Shown: piece after piece, positions 27,257-40,360 of the stretch | Numbering within the stretch: position 1 is the first letter of the stretch | Layout of the letters: every line of letters begins with the position of its first letter | Translations under genes and position numbers: made by a program | Notes under the pieces: model-generated | What the model was told of the DNA's origin: nothing | Seen by the model: only the letters and a program-made list of their open reading frames with translations | Databases searched by the model: none | Origin: the human T2T-CHM13v2.0 reference genome, Homo sapiens | Reading direction: 5' to 3' (one strand) | DNA: 64,000 bases | NCBI RefSeq assembly: GCF_009914755.1 | Contig: NC_060929.1

Positions 27257-27570
27257 TGTGTTAGTCCATTTGCATTGCTATAAAAAAACCTCAGGCTCCG
27301 TAATTGATAAAGAAAAGTGGTTTATTGTGGCTTACGGTGCCACAGACTGTACAAGAAGTATGGTGCTGGCATCTGCTTCTGATGGGGCCCTAAGGAAGCT
27401 CCCAATTATGGCAGAAGGCAAAGGGGAAGCAGATGGCATCACATGGCAATAGCAGGTGCGACAGAGAAAGTGCCATTCACTTTCAAACAGAGTTTGCTTG
27501 AACTCAGAGACAGAACTCACTCATAACCACACAGAGAGTGATAAGCTATTCATGAAGGATCTGTCCTCAT
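27257..27570 (-). mobile_element. MSTB-like LTR, truncated
   Basis: tgtgttagtccatttgcattgctataaa...ggcatctgcttctg...atggcagaaggcaaagggga. Confidence 0.8.
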
Positions 27571-28200
27571 TGTTACAGTAGGTAGCTAGTCAGGCATAAG
27601 CAGGGCAGCAGAGGGCTCCCCCAACCCCTCAAGAAATGTCACGCAACCATCAGGTGATGGTCAGGTGGTTGTTACACTGTCTCTTCATAAAATAGTATTA
27701 ATTGGTTGCAGCCAGTTACAGAGAAGGGTAGTCTCCCAATAGATAAAAACACCTGAAACTGTTGATCAGCAGTTTCCCGATAAGATCTCAGGAGTTTGGG
27801 AAGTGGGTCCAGACATGTGCATTAAGAAGCAAGATGGGGCCATACACAGTGGTTCATGCCTGTAAACCTAACATTGTGGGAGACCAAGGTAGGTGGACTG
27901 CCTGAGCTTAGGAGTTCCAGACCAGCCTGGGCAACATGGTGAAATTCCATCTCTACTAAAAATGCAAAAATTAGCTGGGCATGGTGGCACACACCTGTAA
28001 TTCCAGCTACTAGGGAGGCCGAGGGAGGAGAATCACTTGAGCTTGGGAGACAAAGATTTTAGCGAGCCAAGATCACACCACTGCACTCCAGCCTGTGGCA
28101 CAGAGTGAGACTCTGTCTCAGAATAATACAAAAAAAAAAAAAAAAAAGAGGCAAGATGGCAGGGTTTGACTGGTGTATAACCTCCTAGAGACATTCGGCT
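27571..28200 (+). mobile_element. MER50-like ERV1 LTR (5' part), interrupted by an Alu
   Basis: tgttacagtaggtagctagtcaggcataagcagggcag...accatcaggtgatggtcagg...cccgataagatctcaggag. Confidence 0.8.
27838..28146 (+). mobile_element. Alu (older S/J type)
   Basis: Full Alu; TSD aaga(a/g)gcaagatgg. Confidence 0.95.
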
Positions 28201-28205
28201 ATGTA

Positions 28206-28261
<56 letters not shown>

Positions 28262-28694
28262 AAGAGAGGGAGAGAGAAAGAGAAAGAGATGGAGAGAGCG
28301 AGATAGATAGAGGGATGGAGAGAGGTGTATGAAAAAGGTTCATCCTATTTATAGAGTCTGAGAAGTCCAGACTCCAGAGAGCTGATGATGTAGTGTCAAT
28401 CTGAGTCCAAAGGCCTGAGAAGCGGGAGAGTGGTTAGTGTAGGCCTGAGTCAGCATTCAAAGGCATGAGAAGACCAATATCTCAGCTCAAAGACTCAGTC
28501 AGAGAGAGAATTCAGACCTTCAGTGAATTGTATAAGACTCTCCCCAGTAGGAAGGCAATCTGCCTTACTCAGTTTAGCTATTCAAATGTTAATATCCAGA
28601 AATATCCTCACAGACACACTCAAAAATAAACTTTAACCAAATATCGGCACATGCTGTGGCTCAGTTAAGTTGACTCATACAAGTAGCAATCTCA
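28201..28694 (-). mobile_element. MLT2-type LTR beginning at its (TA)n(GA)n tract
   Basis: ctgagaagtcca...ctgagtccaaaggcctgagaa...tcaaatgttaat...ggctcagttaagttgac. Confidence 0.75.
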
Positions 28695-28767
28695 CTGATA
28701 AATGCTGATCTTCAGTTTTTTAACCACTCAGAGAGGTCCATTCACATACCTCTTCCCCCAGTGCTGA

Positions 28768-29152
<385 letters not shown>

Positions 29153-29439
29153 TGATCCTATAAAGGTTGTGGCCAGTGTCTCCCTTGTTATACAACTCCA
29201 TAACACCCAGGTTGGAGAACATCTCCTTGAGTGTGATGTCTTGTCCATGTCTCTGTATTGCCCTGTATGCAAGCAGTTCTGAGGAACATGTGTACCTCCT
29301 ACAACACTTATGTCCTTAAGGATTCCCCAACAGATACAACTCCAGCAAGCTTGGTAAGTATGCTGCTTGTCTGTTTGCTCTTGTTATATGAAGAAACGAC
29401 AGGGAAAACTGGAAAAAATTAGCACTCGAGATCTTCAAA

Positions 29440-30230
29440 AACACTTATTGATAAATGCTTACTTAATAAAGATTTGTTTTAGGGGGATTAGAAAAATCTT
29501 TCATAATAGTAAAAACAAGTGATGATAAGATGATAGTGAACAACTTGGAATTACGAAGACAGAAAAAAATGGAAGAGATCAGCAGGTTCTGACAAGAGCT
29601 CAAAAAAGAAATATTAAAAAACAAAATAAGCAGATACTGAACGCACAAACTTTCTGAGCTCCAAGTCTGGATCCAATAAGACTCAATTAAATAATGAGAA
29701 CTAAAGTATTACTGAAAGATAGTGACTGATATTATGTGCTTATGTTCATAAATCAAAGGGAACCATTAAAAGAATAGTAAAAAAAGTTTTTAAAAATGGC
29801 TGAACATATAACAAACATTTAAATATTAATAATCTTTTTCTCTGTACTAATTACAGTCAATTAGTAATGAAGAAATGAATCTCATAAAACATTACAGCAA
29901 AAAATAAATATATGTTTCTTATGAACAAACAACAGATTATGTGTAAGGTCACTATAGATAAAACTATAAAATAATTTAAGATATAAAAATAGACCTGGAT
30001 AATTGGAAGGAATACCTCATCCATGATGGATAACCTCTTTACCAAATGATGCTAATTTTCCCTAATGTAAATATGTCATATACTTTCAAACAAAATTCTT
30101 ATTTTTATTTCTTGGACTTTGTAAGGTGAGTCAAGCATTTGTAAAGAAGAATAAAGGGTCACGGATTTTTAAAACAATTTGACAGAAGATCAAGATTAAA
30201 ACATATGCTCTATAGGATACTAAGAGATAT
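29440..30230 (+). mobile_element. Degraded L1M ORF2 fragment
   Basis: A-rich; tagacctggataattggaaggaatacctcatccatgatggata resembles L1 ORF2. Confidence 0.5.
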
Positions 30231-30231
30231 A

Positions 30232-30370
30232 GGGAGGTAGTAGAGCATAATGGTTAATATTTTTATATCTCAGTCTATACTGCCAGAACTTTCCAGTCAT
30301 TAGCTATATGACCAGGAACTAATAACTTAATTTCTTTTTGCCTTTGTCAGTTCATATGTAGATAGGAAAA
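30232..30370 (+). mobile_element. MIR
   Basis: gagcataatggttaa...ttagctatatgacc...taacttaatttct. Confidence 0.6.
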
Positions 30371-30434
30371 AGTAGAAAGTAAAGGCACTAATATCTCTGA
30401 GCCATTATAAATAGTGTCTTGTTAGGTATAGTTT

Positions 30435-31315
30435 TAGTTTGCTGTTTCCCAACAATATTTGTTGAAAAGACTATTTTTTTCCATTGTATATCCTTGGTAT
30501 TTTTGTTGAAGAACAATTGACTGTAAATGCATTGATTTATTTCTGGACTTCTTATTCTGTTCCCTTGGCCTATGTGATTGTCTTTATGCCAGCACCATAC
30601 TGTTTTGATTACTGTAGCTTTCTAATATAATTTAAAATCAGAAGGGTGAACCTCCAGCTTTGATTTTCCACAAGATTAATTTGGGCTATTTGTGGTCTTA
30701 TGTGATTCCATATGATTGAAAGAACTGCTTTCTCTATTTCTGTAAAAAAAAAAACACTGCTGGAATTTCGATAGGGTTGTTTTGAATATGCAGATCTCTT
30801 TGGGTAGTGTGGAAATTTTTAACAATATTAAGTCTTCCAATTTATGACCACAGAATGTCTTTCCATTTGTTTGTGGCTTTCTTAATTTATTTCATAAAGG
30901 TTGTGTAGTTTACAGTGTATGAATCTTTCATATCTTCAGTTAAGTTTATTCCTAAGTATTTTATTATTTTTGTTGCTATTGTAAAAGAGACTATTTCCTT
31001 AATTTACTTTTCATAGTTTACAGTTAATATATAGAAACTTTACTAATATCTGTCTATTGATTTTGTATTCTGCAACTTTATTGAATTTGTACATTTGTTC
31101 CAACAGTTCTTATATAGAGTCATTAGGATTTTCTACATATAAGATGATGTTATCTGCAATCTGGGACAATTTTAGTTTTTCTTCTCTGATTCTGATACAT
31201 TGTTTTCTTGGCTAATTGCTCTGGCTATTCTTTCCAGTACTGTGTTGACTAGAAGTAACAAGAATGGGATTGCCTTGTTCCTAATTTTAGAAGGAAAGCT
31301 TTCAGTTTTTCACCC
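30435..31315 (-). mobile_element. L1M (L1MA-age) ORF2 fragment
   Basis: ttatgccagcaccatactgttttgattactgtagcttt; aagtttattcctaagtattttatt; ctaattgctctggcta. Confidence 0.9.
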
Positions 31316-32232
31316 CTAGAGGTGAGGTTCAGAGTGTGACCCATGAGGAGGTGCAATACAGTCAAAAAGAACTGCTTGAGTGTTCGAATTTATATAAGCA
31401 GGTATCTGGAGAACAGGCACAAGAATGGATATAAAAGGTGTGGGATTATGGTGGAAGAAACATAAAGTTGGATCAGGCTGAATTTATTGATTTGGGCCCA
31501 CTAAGTAGGGACTCTGCATTTAACATTGCAGCTCAGGGAGTTAAAAAAGGTTCTGATACTTTATTTTTTTGGTTAGCTGAAATATGAATTAAAAGATTGC
31601 CCACTGTGAGCAAGCTAGAAATGCCTGATCTCCCTTGGTTTAATGTAGTGGAAGGAACCCAAAGGCTTAGAGAGAATGAGATGGTGGAGTGAATTAGTCA
31701 CTTTAGATCCACTAATTCCAGCTGGAGGGGTCCAGAAGATATACCCTTGATCAATGCTTTGTGAAATAGATTTAGAAGGGTAGGACTTGCATCTTTGAAG
31801 AGCCCTGTAATTGCTATTCTCTGTATGTCAGATCTAACAGTGGGAACCACAGTCACTCAACCACAAAATTTAAATACAGTGGGAATAATTGGATCCTGAG
31901 GCTTCAGGGACCAAGTTGCAGCACTCACCCATCAAAGGCAAGGTGTACATAGCTACTGTAATGAACAGCAGAGGCAAAGCAGCAATAAGAATAGTCTGAC
32001 TCCTGTAGAGCTCTGGCATTGGCTAATTAATCACAGTGTTCCTAGAAGTGAAATTGAGAAGAAATCTACTGAATTCTTACCTAATTTATATAAGCATAAA
32101 ACTTCCAAGTCAAATGGACAAAAGACTAATTTTAACGATAAACACAGAGGATCATAGCCCCTCAATCAATTTCCAGACTTTAGCCTCTTTACAGATCAAG
32201 AACTGCTTGAATAAAGGGCAGGCCGGGTCCTC

Positions 32233-35142
32233 TTGAGGAAGGACCTCCCTACACTACCAGCAGTTTATGCTGTATATCTTTCTTCCATCCTTCTCCGAGG
32301 AGACCTCTGGCCTTTTGCCAGGGTCACTGTGCACTGGGGAAAGGGAAATGATCAAATATTTCAGGGACTACTGGACACTGGCTCTGAGGTGACATTGATT
32401 TTAGGGGACACAAAACATTATTGTGGTCCTCAAGTTAAAGTACGGGCTTATGGAGGTCAGGTAATTAATACAGTTTTAGCTCAGATTACTCTTACAGTGG
32501 GTCCAGTGGGTTCCTGTACTCATCCTGTGGTCACTTCCCCAGTGCCAGAATGCATAATTGGTATAGACATACTTAACAGTTGGCAGAACACCCACGTTTG
32601 CTCCCTGACTGGTTCGGTGAGGGCTATTATTGTGGGAAAGGCCAAATAGCCATCCAAGCTGCCTTTACCTAGAAAAAAACAATATTGCATCCCTGGAAGG
32701 GTTGCAGGGATTAGTGCCACCATCAAGGACTTGAAAGTCGCAGGGATAGTGATTCCCACCACATCCCCATTCAACTCTCCTATTTGGCTTGTGCAGAAAA
32801 CATATGGATTTGGAGAATGACAGTGGATTATCATAAGCTTAACCAAGTGGTGACTCCAATTGTAGCTGCTGTACCAGATGTGGTTTCATTGCTTGGCGCA
32901 AATTAACACATCTCCTGGTACCTAGTATGCATCTGTTGATTTGGCAAATGCCTTTTTCTCCATTCTTGTTCATAAGACCCACCAAAAACAATTTGCCTTC
33001 ATTGTCAAGGCCAGCAATATACTTTTACTGTGTTAATCAGGGGTATATCAACTTTCCACCTTTGTGTCATAATCTAATTTAGGGAGTACTTGATTGCTTT
33101 TCACTTCCACAGGATATCACACTGGTTGATTACATTGACAACATTATGCTGGTTGGAACCAGTGAATACGAAGTGGCAAACATACTGGACTCATTGGTGA
33201 GACATTTGCATGCCAGACGATGGGAAATAAACCCAACTAAAATTCAGGGAACTTCCACCTCAGTAAAATTTCTAGCGGTCCAGTGTTGTGGGGCCTGTCG
33301 AGATATTTCTTCTGAGATGAAGGATAAGTTGCTGCCTTTGGCCCCTCCTACAACCAAGAAATGCCTTTTGGGTCTATTTTGATATTGGAGGTAACACATT
33401 CCTTATTTGTTTGTGTTACTCTGGCTTATTTGTCAAATGACCTGAAAGGCTGCCAGTTTGAGCGGGGTCCAGAACAGGAGAAGGCTCTGCAATAGTTCCA
33501 GGGTGCTGTGCAAGTTGCACTTGGGTCGTATGACCCAGCAGATCCAATGGTGCTTGAGGCGTCATTGGCATATAGGAATTCTATGTGGAGCCTCTGGCAG
33601 GCGCCCACAGGTGAATCACAGTGGAGGCCTCTAGGATTTGGGAGCAAGGCCCTACCATCTTCTGCAGATAAATACTTTCATTTCAAGAGACAGCTCATGG
33701 CCTGTTACTGGGCTTTGGTGCAAACTGAAGGTTTGACTATGGGTCATCAAGTTGCCATGTGACCTAATCTGCCTATCATGAACTGGTGCTTTCTGACCCA
33801 ACCAGACATAAAATGGATCATGCACAGCAGCATTCCATCATCAAATAGAAGTGGTATTTATGTGATTAGGCTTGAGCAGGTCCTGAAGGCACAAGTAAGT
33901 TACATGAGGAAGTGTCTCAAATGCCCATGGTATCACTCTTGCCACCCTGCCTTCTCTTCCTCAGCCTGCAAAGATGGCCTCGCAGAAAGCTTCCTATGAT
34001 CAGTTGACAGAGGAAGAGAAGACTAGGGACTGGTTCACAGATGGGTCTGCACAATTTGCAGGCACCACCCAAAAGTGGACAGCTGCAGCACTACAGCCCT
34101 GTTCTAGGACATCCATGAAGGACAGTGGTGAAGGTAAATCTTCCAAGTGGGCAGAAGTTTGAGCAGTGCATTTGCTTGTGCACTTTGCATGGAAGGAGAA
34201 ATGGCCAGATGTGAGATTATATACTGATTCATGAGCTGTAGCCAATGGTTTGGCTGGATGATAAGGGACTTGGAAGAAGCATGATTGGAAAATTGATGAC
34301 AAAGAAATTTGGGGAAGAGTATGTGAATGGACCTCTCTGAGTGGTAAAAAACTGTGAAGATATTTGTATCACATGTGAGTATTCAACAATGGGTGACCTC
34401 AGCAGAGGAGGATTTTAATAATCTAGTGGATAGGATGACCCATTCTGTGGACACCACTTAGCCTCTTTCCCCAGCCACTGCTGCCATCACCCAAAGGGCC
34501 CATGAACAAAGTGGCCATGGTGGCAGGAATGGAGGTTGTGCACGGACTCAGAAACCTGGACTTCTGCTCACCAAGGCTGACCTGGCTACGGCCACTGCTG
34601 AGTGCCCAGTTAGCCAGCAGCGGAGACCAACACTGAGCCCTCAATATAGCACCATTCCCCAGGGTGATCAGCTAGCTACCTGGTGGCAGGTTGATTATAT
34701 CAGACCTCTTCCGTTATGGAAAGGGCAAAGGTTTGTACTCACTGGAATAGACACTTACTCTGGATATGGGTTTGCCTATCCTGCACACAATGCTTTGCCA
34801 AGACTGCCATTCATGTACTCACAGAATACCTTATCCACCATTATAGCATTCCACACAGCATTGCCTGTGACCAAGGCACTCACTATTTGGCTAAATAAGT
34901 GTGGCAGTGTGTTCATACTCATGGAATTCACTGGTCTTACCATGTTCCCCATCATCCTGAAGGCACTAGATTGATAGAATGGTGGGATAGCCTTTGAAGC
35001 CACAATTACAATGCCAACTAGGTGACAATACTTCACAGGCCTGGGGCAAAGTTTTCCAGAATGCCATGTATGCTCTGAATCAGCTTCCAACAAGTGGCAC
35101 TGTTTCTCCTATACCAGGATTCACAGGTCCAGGAATCAAGAG
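32233..35142 (+). pseudogene. HERV-L pro/pol pseudogene (many stops and frameshifts)
   Basis: ORF-track fragments 32233-32649, 33146-33382, 33508-33762 and 33974-34162 lie in different frames and carry retroviral motifs. Confidence 0.9.
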
Positions 35143-35619
35143 GTGGAAGTGGCACCACTAACTGTCACCCCTCATGATCCACTAGCAAAATTTTTGCTTC
35201 CTCTTTCTGCGACATTACTTTCTCCCAGCCTAGAGGTCTTAGTTCCAGAGGGAGGAACACTGCCATCAGGAGACACAACAACGATTCCATTAAACTGGAA
35301 ATTAAGATTGCCACCTGGACACTTTGGGCTCTTCCTACCTTTAAGTCAACAGGCTAAGAAGGGAGTTACAGTGTTGGCTGGGATGATTGACCTAGACTAT
35401 CAAGATGAAATCAGTCTACTGCTCCACAATGGAGGTAAGGAAGAGTATGCATGGAATACAGGAGATCCATTAGGGTGTCTCTTAGTATTGCCACGCCCTG
35501 TGATTAAGGCCAATGGGAAACTGCAACTGCCCAGTGCAGGCGGGACTACAAATGCCCCAGACCCTTCAGGAATGAAGGTTTGGGTCACTCCACGAGGAAA
35601 AAAAAATACGACCTACTGA
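35143..35619 (+). pseudogene. HERV-L dUTPase domain, open frame (GTG start, part of pol)
   Basis: IPLNWKLRLPPGHFG and AGMIDLDYQDEI are dUTPase-like motifs. Confidence 0.85.
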
Positions 35620-36030
35620 GATGCTTGTTGAAGGCAGAGGGACTACAGAATGGGTAGTAGAAGAAGGTAGTCATCAATACCAGCTATGATCACATGACTA
35701 GCTGCAGAAAAGAGGACTGTAATTGTCATGAGTATTTCCTTCTTCTTTTGTTAAAAACATGTTTGTGCATGTATACACTTGTACTAATAAAATATCTTCA
35801 TTTTATTTCTTCCTTTATTATGTGACTTAAGATTTATTCACCTCATATTAGCGTTTAAGTATTGTTAACTTTATGTAATAGCATTTGGGTTGGGGATTGG
35901 TGCATTTCTGGTTGTAGGAAGGATAGTTGTATTATGTTGGGTGTAAGTATGACCTTATTATTTTCTGTATTTGAAGATTGTGTATGATCTCAGGAGATGT
36001 GTATGGGTTCAAGTTGACAAGGGGCAGACT

Positions 36031-36480
36031 TGTGATAGTTAATACTGAGTGTCAACTTGATTGGATTGAAGGATGGACAGTATTGATCCTGGGTGTGTCT
36101 GTGAGGGTGTTGTCAAAGGAGATTAACATTTGAGTCAGTGGGCTGGGAAAGGCAGACCCACCCTTAATCTGGGTGGGCACCATTTATTCAGCCGGCAGCA
36201 CGGCCAGAATATAACACTGACAGAAAAATGTGAAAAGACCTTTCTGGCTTAGCCTCCCAGCCTACATCTTTCTCTCGTGCAGGATGTTTCCTGCCCTCGA
36301 ACATCAGACTCCATGTTATTCAGCTTTGGGAGTCAGACTGGCTTCCTTGCTCCTTAGCTTGCAAGCAGCCTATTATGGGACCCTGGGATCGTGTGAGTTA
36401 ATACTTCTCAATAAATTCCTCTCTCTATATATATATTTATCCTATTAGTTCTGTTTCTCTAGAGGACCATGATTAATACA
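36031..36480 (+). mobile_element. MLT2A1-type 3' LTR of HERV-L
   Basis: tgtgatagttaatactgagtgtcaacttgattggattgaagg...gggctgggaaaggcagacccaccc; AATAAA near 36410; ends taataca; 450 bp. Confidence 0.9.
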
Positions 36481-37527
36481 TTTCCTTTTACCAAATGTTA
36501 GTATGCTTTTTTCTCCCTTCTCTCCCTTCTCCCCAAACAACCACATTCTACTCCAGGGGAAAAAAACTCTAAAACTCCTCCTACAATTGTATTCTTCTCA
36601 ATTCTAGCATCTCTAAATAATCTACCTGCCAGCCCAAATATAGTTCCTTGTTGTCTAGTGACCCCCCCCGACCAAAACAAATTATTCTCTTAAATAACCA
36701 AAGAGCACGGTATAAACCACTTCTAGTATGAAATGGAAAGAATGCAGTTCACAGAGAGAAGTGGTAATTCTGGGCAGTGGCATCTTGTAAACATTGTTAG
36801 ACAGATACTGAGATAGCCTATCATCCTGGACATGGGCAGTGTTTTATTAATAGGCTCTTAGTTTGTGGGCTGACTTAGTTTATGGGCTGAAATTATCCAT
36901 GTTCTCTGTGTCTCTTGCCTCCAACCTCTTGGAGGTTCTTCATTAACCAAGATTTTTCTTTCCACAACTGAAGTGGATGTTGGAAAAATATATGTCTCTT
37001 GAGCTGAAGACATTTTGGAACCTACTCTGTACTCCAAAATATTAAGACTGACAAACAGTATAAGCACTTTTCTGGCCAGTCTTCTGGATTGTTTTTGCCT
37101 TTTTAGTATACAATCCTCAAGAAATATAGTACATTTCAGATCTATATTTTTCAGTTAGCTCCCTGGGTCAGAGAAAATACCCAACATTCTTTTAGACACA
37201 GAGTTCTCAAATCTACTTGATGTGTTTGCATTCTTGTCCCCAGGCCTTCTTCCTTGGCAACTTACTGGCAAACACCTTGAGTATATCATGCTTGACATGA
37301 AAACACACTGAATTAAAATGTGTTTTTCCCAAGATTTGTGTTGCTTAGTTTGCTAAGAGCTTTACTGATCCTTCAATGCTCAAAGCTTTTTAAAATTTAT
37401 ATATCTTATTGATTTTGTTACAAAATAAGCTACATATTCCATCATTTCATGTAAGTAATTTCTGAATTCATTCTTTAACATTTAATTTCTGCTTTCAAAC
37501 TAACCCATTATTTTCTTAGTTAGCTTG

Positions 37528-37807
37528 TTTTTTTTGTTGTTGTTGTTTTGTTTGGTTTGGTTTTTTTGAGAGAGTCTCGCTCTGTCACCCAGGCTGGAGT
37601 GCAGTGGCATGATCTTGACTCACTGCAGCCTCTTTCCTCCTGGTTTCAAGCAATTCTCATGCCTCAGCCTAATGAGTAGCTGGGAATACAGGTGCATTCC
37701 ACCATGCCTGGCTAATTTTTGTATTTTTAGTAGAGATGGGGTTTCACCATGTTGGCCATGATGGTCTCGATCTCTTGACCTCGTGATCTGCCCACCTCGG
37801 CCTCCCA
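37528..37807 (-). mobile_element. Alu (AluSc-like), 5'-truncated
   Basis: gatggtctcgatctcttgacctcgtgatc diagnostic segment. Confidence 0.92.
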
Positions 37808-38084
37808 GCTCACTTTTTTATCTTGCCGAAAGTATCCAATGATAGCCAACACTGCTACTGATAATTTCAATCAATTTTCCCAAAGCCATCAAAAGCAGAT
37901 AGACTTACTTTCAAACTAATACAAAAAACAGCTTAAGCAATATTTTTGCTAGTGCATATGAAACCCTATCTTGCCAAAATATGCCATAACTTGCATCACC
38001 ACATGCTATATTATCACAAGAGCAAAGCCGTTTTAAGTATTTTAAGGTTTTGTTTTTACAGAATTCCACTTCAACATACTAACT

Positions 38085-38470
38085 TCTATTATATATTAAC
38101 AAAGGAAACACATACTAATAAACAATTCCCAAATCTCAAAGGCTTAAAGTAATAAAGGCTTATTTCTCACCCATGCCACGATGTGATTATTTGTTGACAG
38201 GCTTTGGGTTATAGGCATAGGCTCTGGTCCACTCCTGTGGTTCTGCCATTTCCCTGGGCCCGAGTTCTGTATTCTCGTCTCTATTTCTGGCTATAGACAG
38301 AGAATAAAGGAAAATGAAGGGGATACATCTGCTCTTAGCTCTTTAGCCCTAGAGTTGACACACAGCCCTTTAAAAAAAAATGTATGAGTACAAACTAATT
38401 GCATGATCTGTCCCAGAAACATAGGAGCTGGGAAATGTGTCCGGAAGTGTAGCGATGAAATACAGGATAA
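38085..38470 (-). mobile_element. Old MLT1 (J/K/L-like) LTR fragment
   Basis: cccaaatctcaaaggcttaaa...ttatttctcac; ggagctgggaaatgt. Confidence 0.5.
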
Positions 38471-39779
38471 AACAGAGGGAGTGAGCAGAGCAGATACACA
38501 GTTACACATAAGAGAAAGTAAAATTAAAGTAGCTCTGTACTCACACCAAAAATAAAATTTATGTGTGTTACAGACATAAACATAATAATAAACACCTTAC
38601 ACTTTAGGTATAATTATAGCAGAATACCTTATGACTCAAGATTGTGAAAGATTTCTTAAACGAAATATTTTCTAAAAACTTGTAGTGGACAATACTGTAA
38701 TATTGATATGCATACAATTATTTTAAGAATTATTCATGAAAATAATTCATAAAAATGATTCATAAAGACATAAATGAAAGTTTTAAAAGCATACAAAAAT
38801 ATATTCAATACGTATACGTGATCAACAGTGCAATCTTTATTCTTTATTTTCTATATTTGCATAAGGTATGGGAATTTTCCACCATTCTCTCAAAAGGGTA
38901 ATAGTTTGTTGGGATATTTCTGGCCTCATTCCACCACTTCTGTCATTCCTATTTAAGGAATGAAGAGTTGATTTCCTGATTAGCGAATTTGGGAGAAAAA
39001 AATTAACATTGTGTACATAGCCACTTTATTCTTGTTTAATAAAACCACCCATTAAGAAGTAGTCATTCTTAGCAGCTCCATGTGGTACACTTTCTAGGAT
39101 AGGTTATGCATTTCGTGGCAATGCAGAATGCCTGGGCTGTCATCTGGAGGGGAAAGTTCAATTCAGTGAAAATGACACTAGAAGCCTCTTTGGCCACTAT
39201 GCAACTGCAGTTTCCAATTCAATTCTATTAGTAATTAAATTTATATTTTACTCCCTAGTTATCTGATTTGTATATTTTCTCCTTAATGAATTCTGAACTT
39301 AGACAAGATTTAAGGGAAGGAAATAATTTACTATCCTAGAGTCTAGCATAATGATAAATATGTGGAAAATTAAGGAAATAATTAAGAGGACCTCCTTGTG
39401 GGCTAAAAATTAGATCAAAGTTTTGCCTTGTCTGGTGGGTTGGCTTTTAGGCTTTGACTTTAGTCAATGTGAGTCACAGGGTCCTTGATCACAATGATTT
39501 GTAGGAGTTATAATTGTGGATCTGATATCTACCTGGTATTACCAGCACAGTCCTTGATAAGTACAGATTTTTTTTAACCCGGTATGGTTAAACTTAATTA
39601 TATCCCAATTTAAACATCTTACCTTATAGAGATTGGATTATAGGTAAAAGGGGGAGTGAGAACACAGATTAGTGCTTTATTTTTAAAATTCATGATTCTT
39701 GCGTATATTGCCTTTTAAGCCTTTATAAGTGAGAGAAAAATCTGTTGCTTTTATTATGTTTTGTAGTCAGACCTCTAAG

Positions 39780-40360
39780 CTATGATATTTTTAACTTTAA
39801 AGATGGTTCATTTATCAGAAAATTTGCTACACTTTTTAATTGCTTGCACTTTTTAATTCTAATGATATCTTTGTGGAAACTTTTTATTTTCTTATGTGCA
39901 TTCATAACTAAAAAATAGTGGTTATTTTATTGATTCCTTTTTTATCTTTATAACATCTATTACTTTTTCATACTTTATCACTGGCTAGAAATTCAAGTTC
40001 CATGATCAATTGGTGATCTTAATCATCCTTGTCTTACTCCCTCAGAGAGTAATTTTTAGTTTTACTACTAGGTTTAGCACACTGATACCTATATTATATT
40101 AAGGAAGTGTTCTTTATTTCTTAGTTTGAGAAGAGTGTATCATCTGAGATGATTTGACTTGTTACAAATGCTTTTCTTCTGTAGTGTTTGAGAATATATA
40201 CCTCTTAGGTACTCAATTAAGGTGGTCAATAATATTACTGAATTGCTAAATTTTCAAACCAACTTTGTATTTCTAGAATAAATCCAATTGTGTTTTATGT
40301 TATTTTTGTAAGTATTGCTGAATTGATTTCTTAATATTTTAATAAATATTTCCATTTTTG
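39780..40360 (-). mobile_element. Old L1M ORF2 fragment
   Basis: cactggctagaa...catccttgtcttactcc...aaggaagtg...caaccaactttg-like motifs. Confidence 0.55.

Larger units (their letters stand above)
31316..36030 (+). mobile_element. HERV-L internal region, 5'-truncated within gag (gag-part, pro, RT, RNase H, IN, dUTPase; no env)
   Basis: Protease LLDTGSE (LDTGS at 32371), RT VDLANAFFS and YIDNI (33131), RNase H WFTDGS, integrase WWQVDYI, dUTPase after IN, ERVL PPT gacaaggggcagact. Confidence 0.95.
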
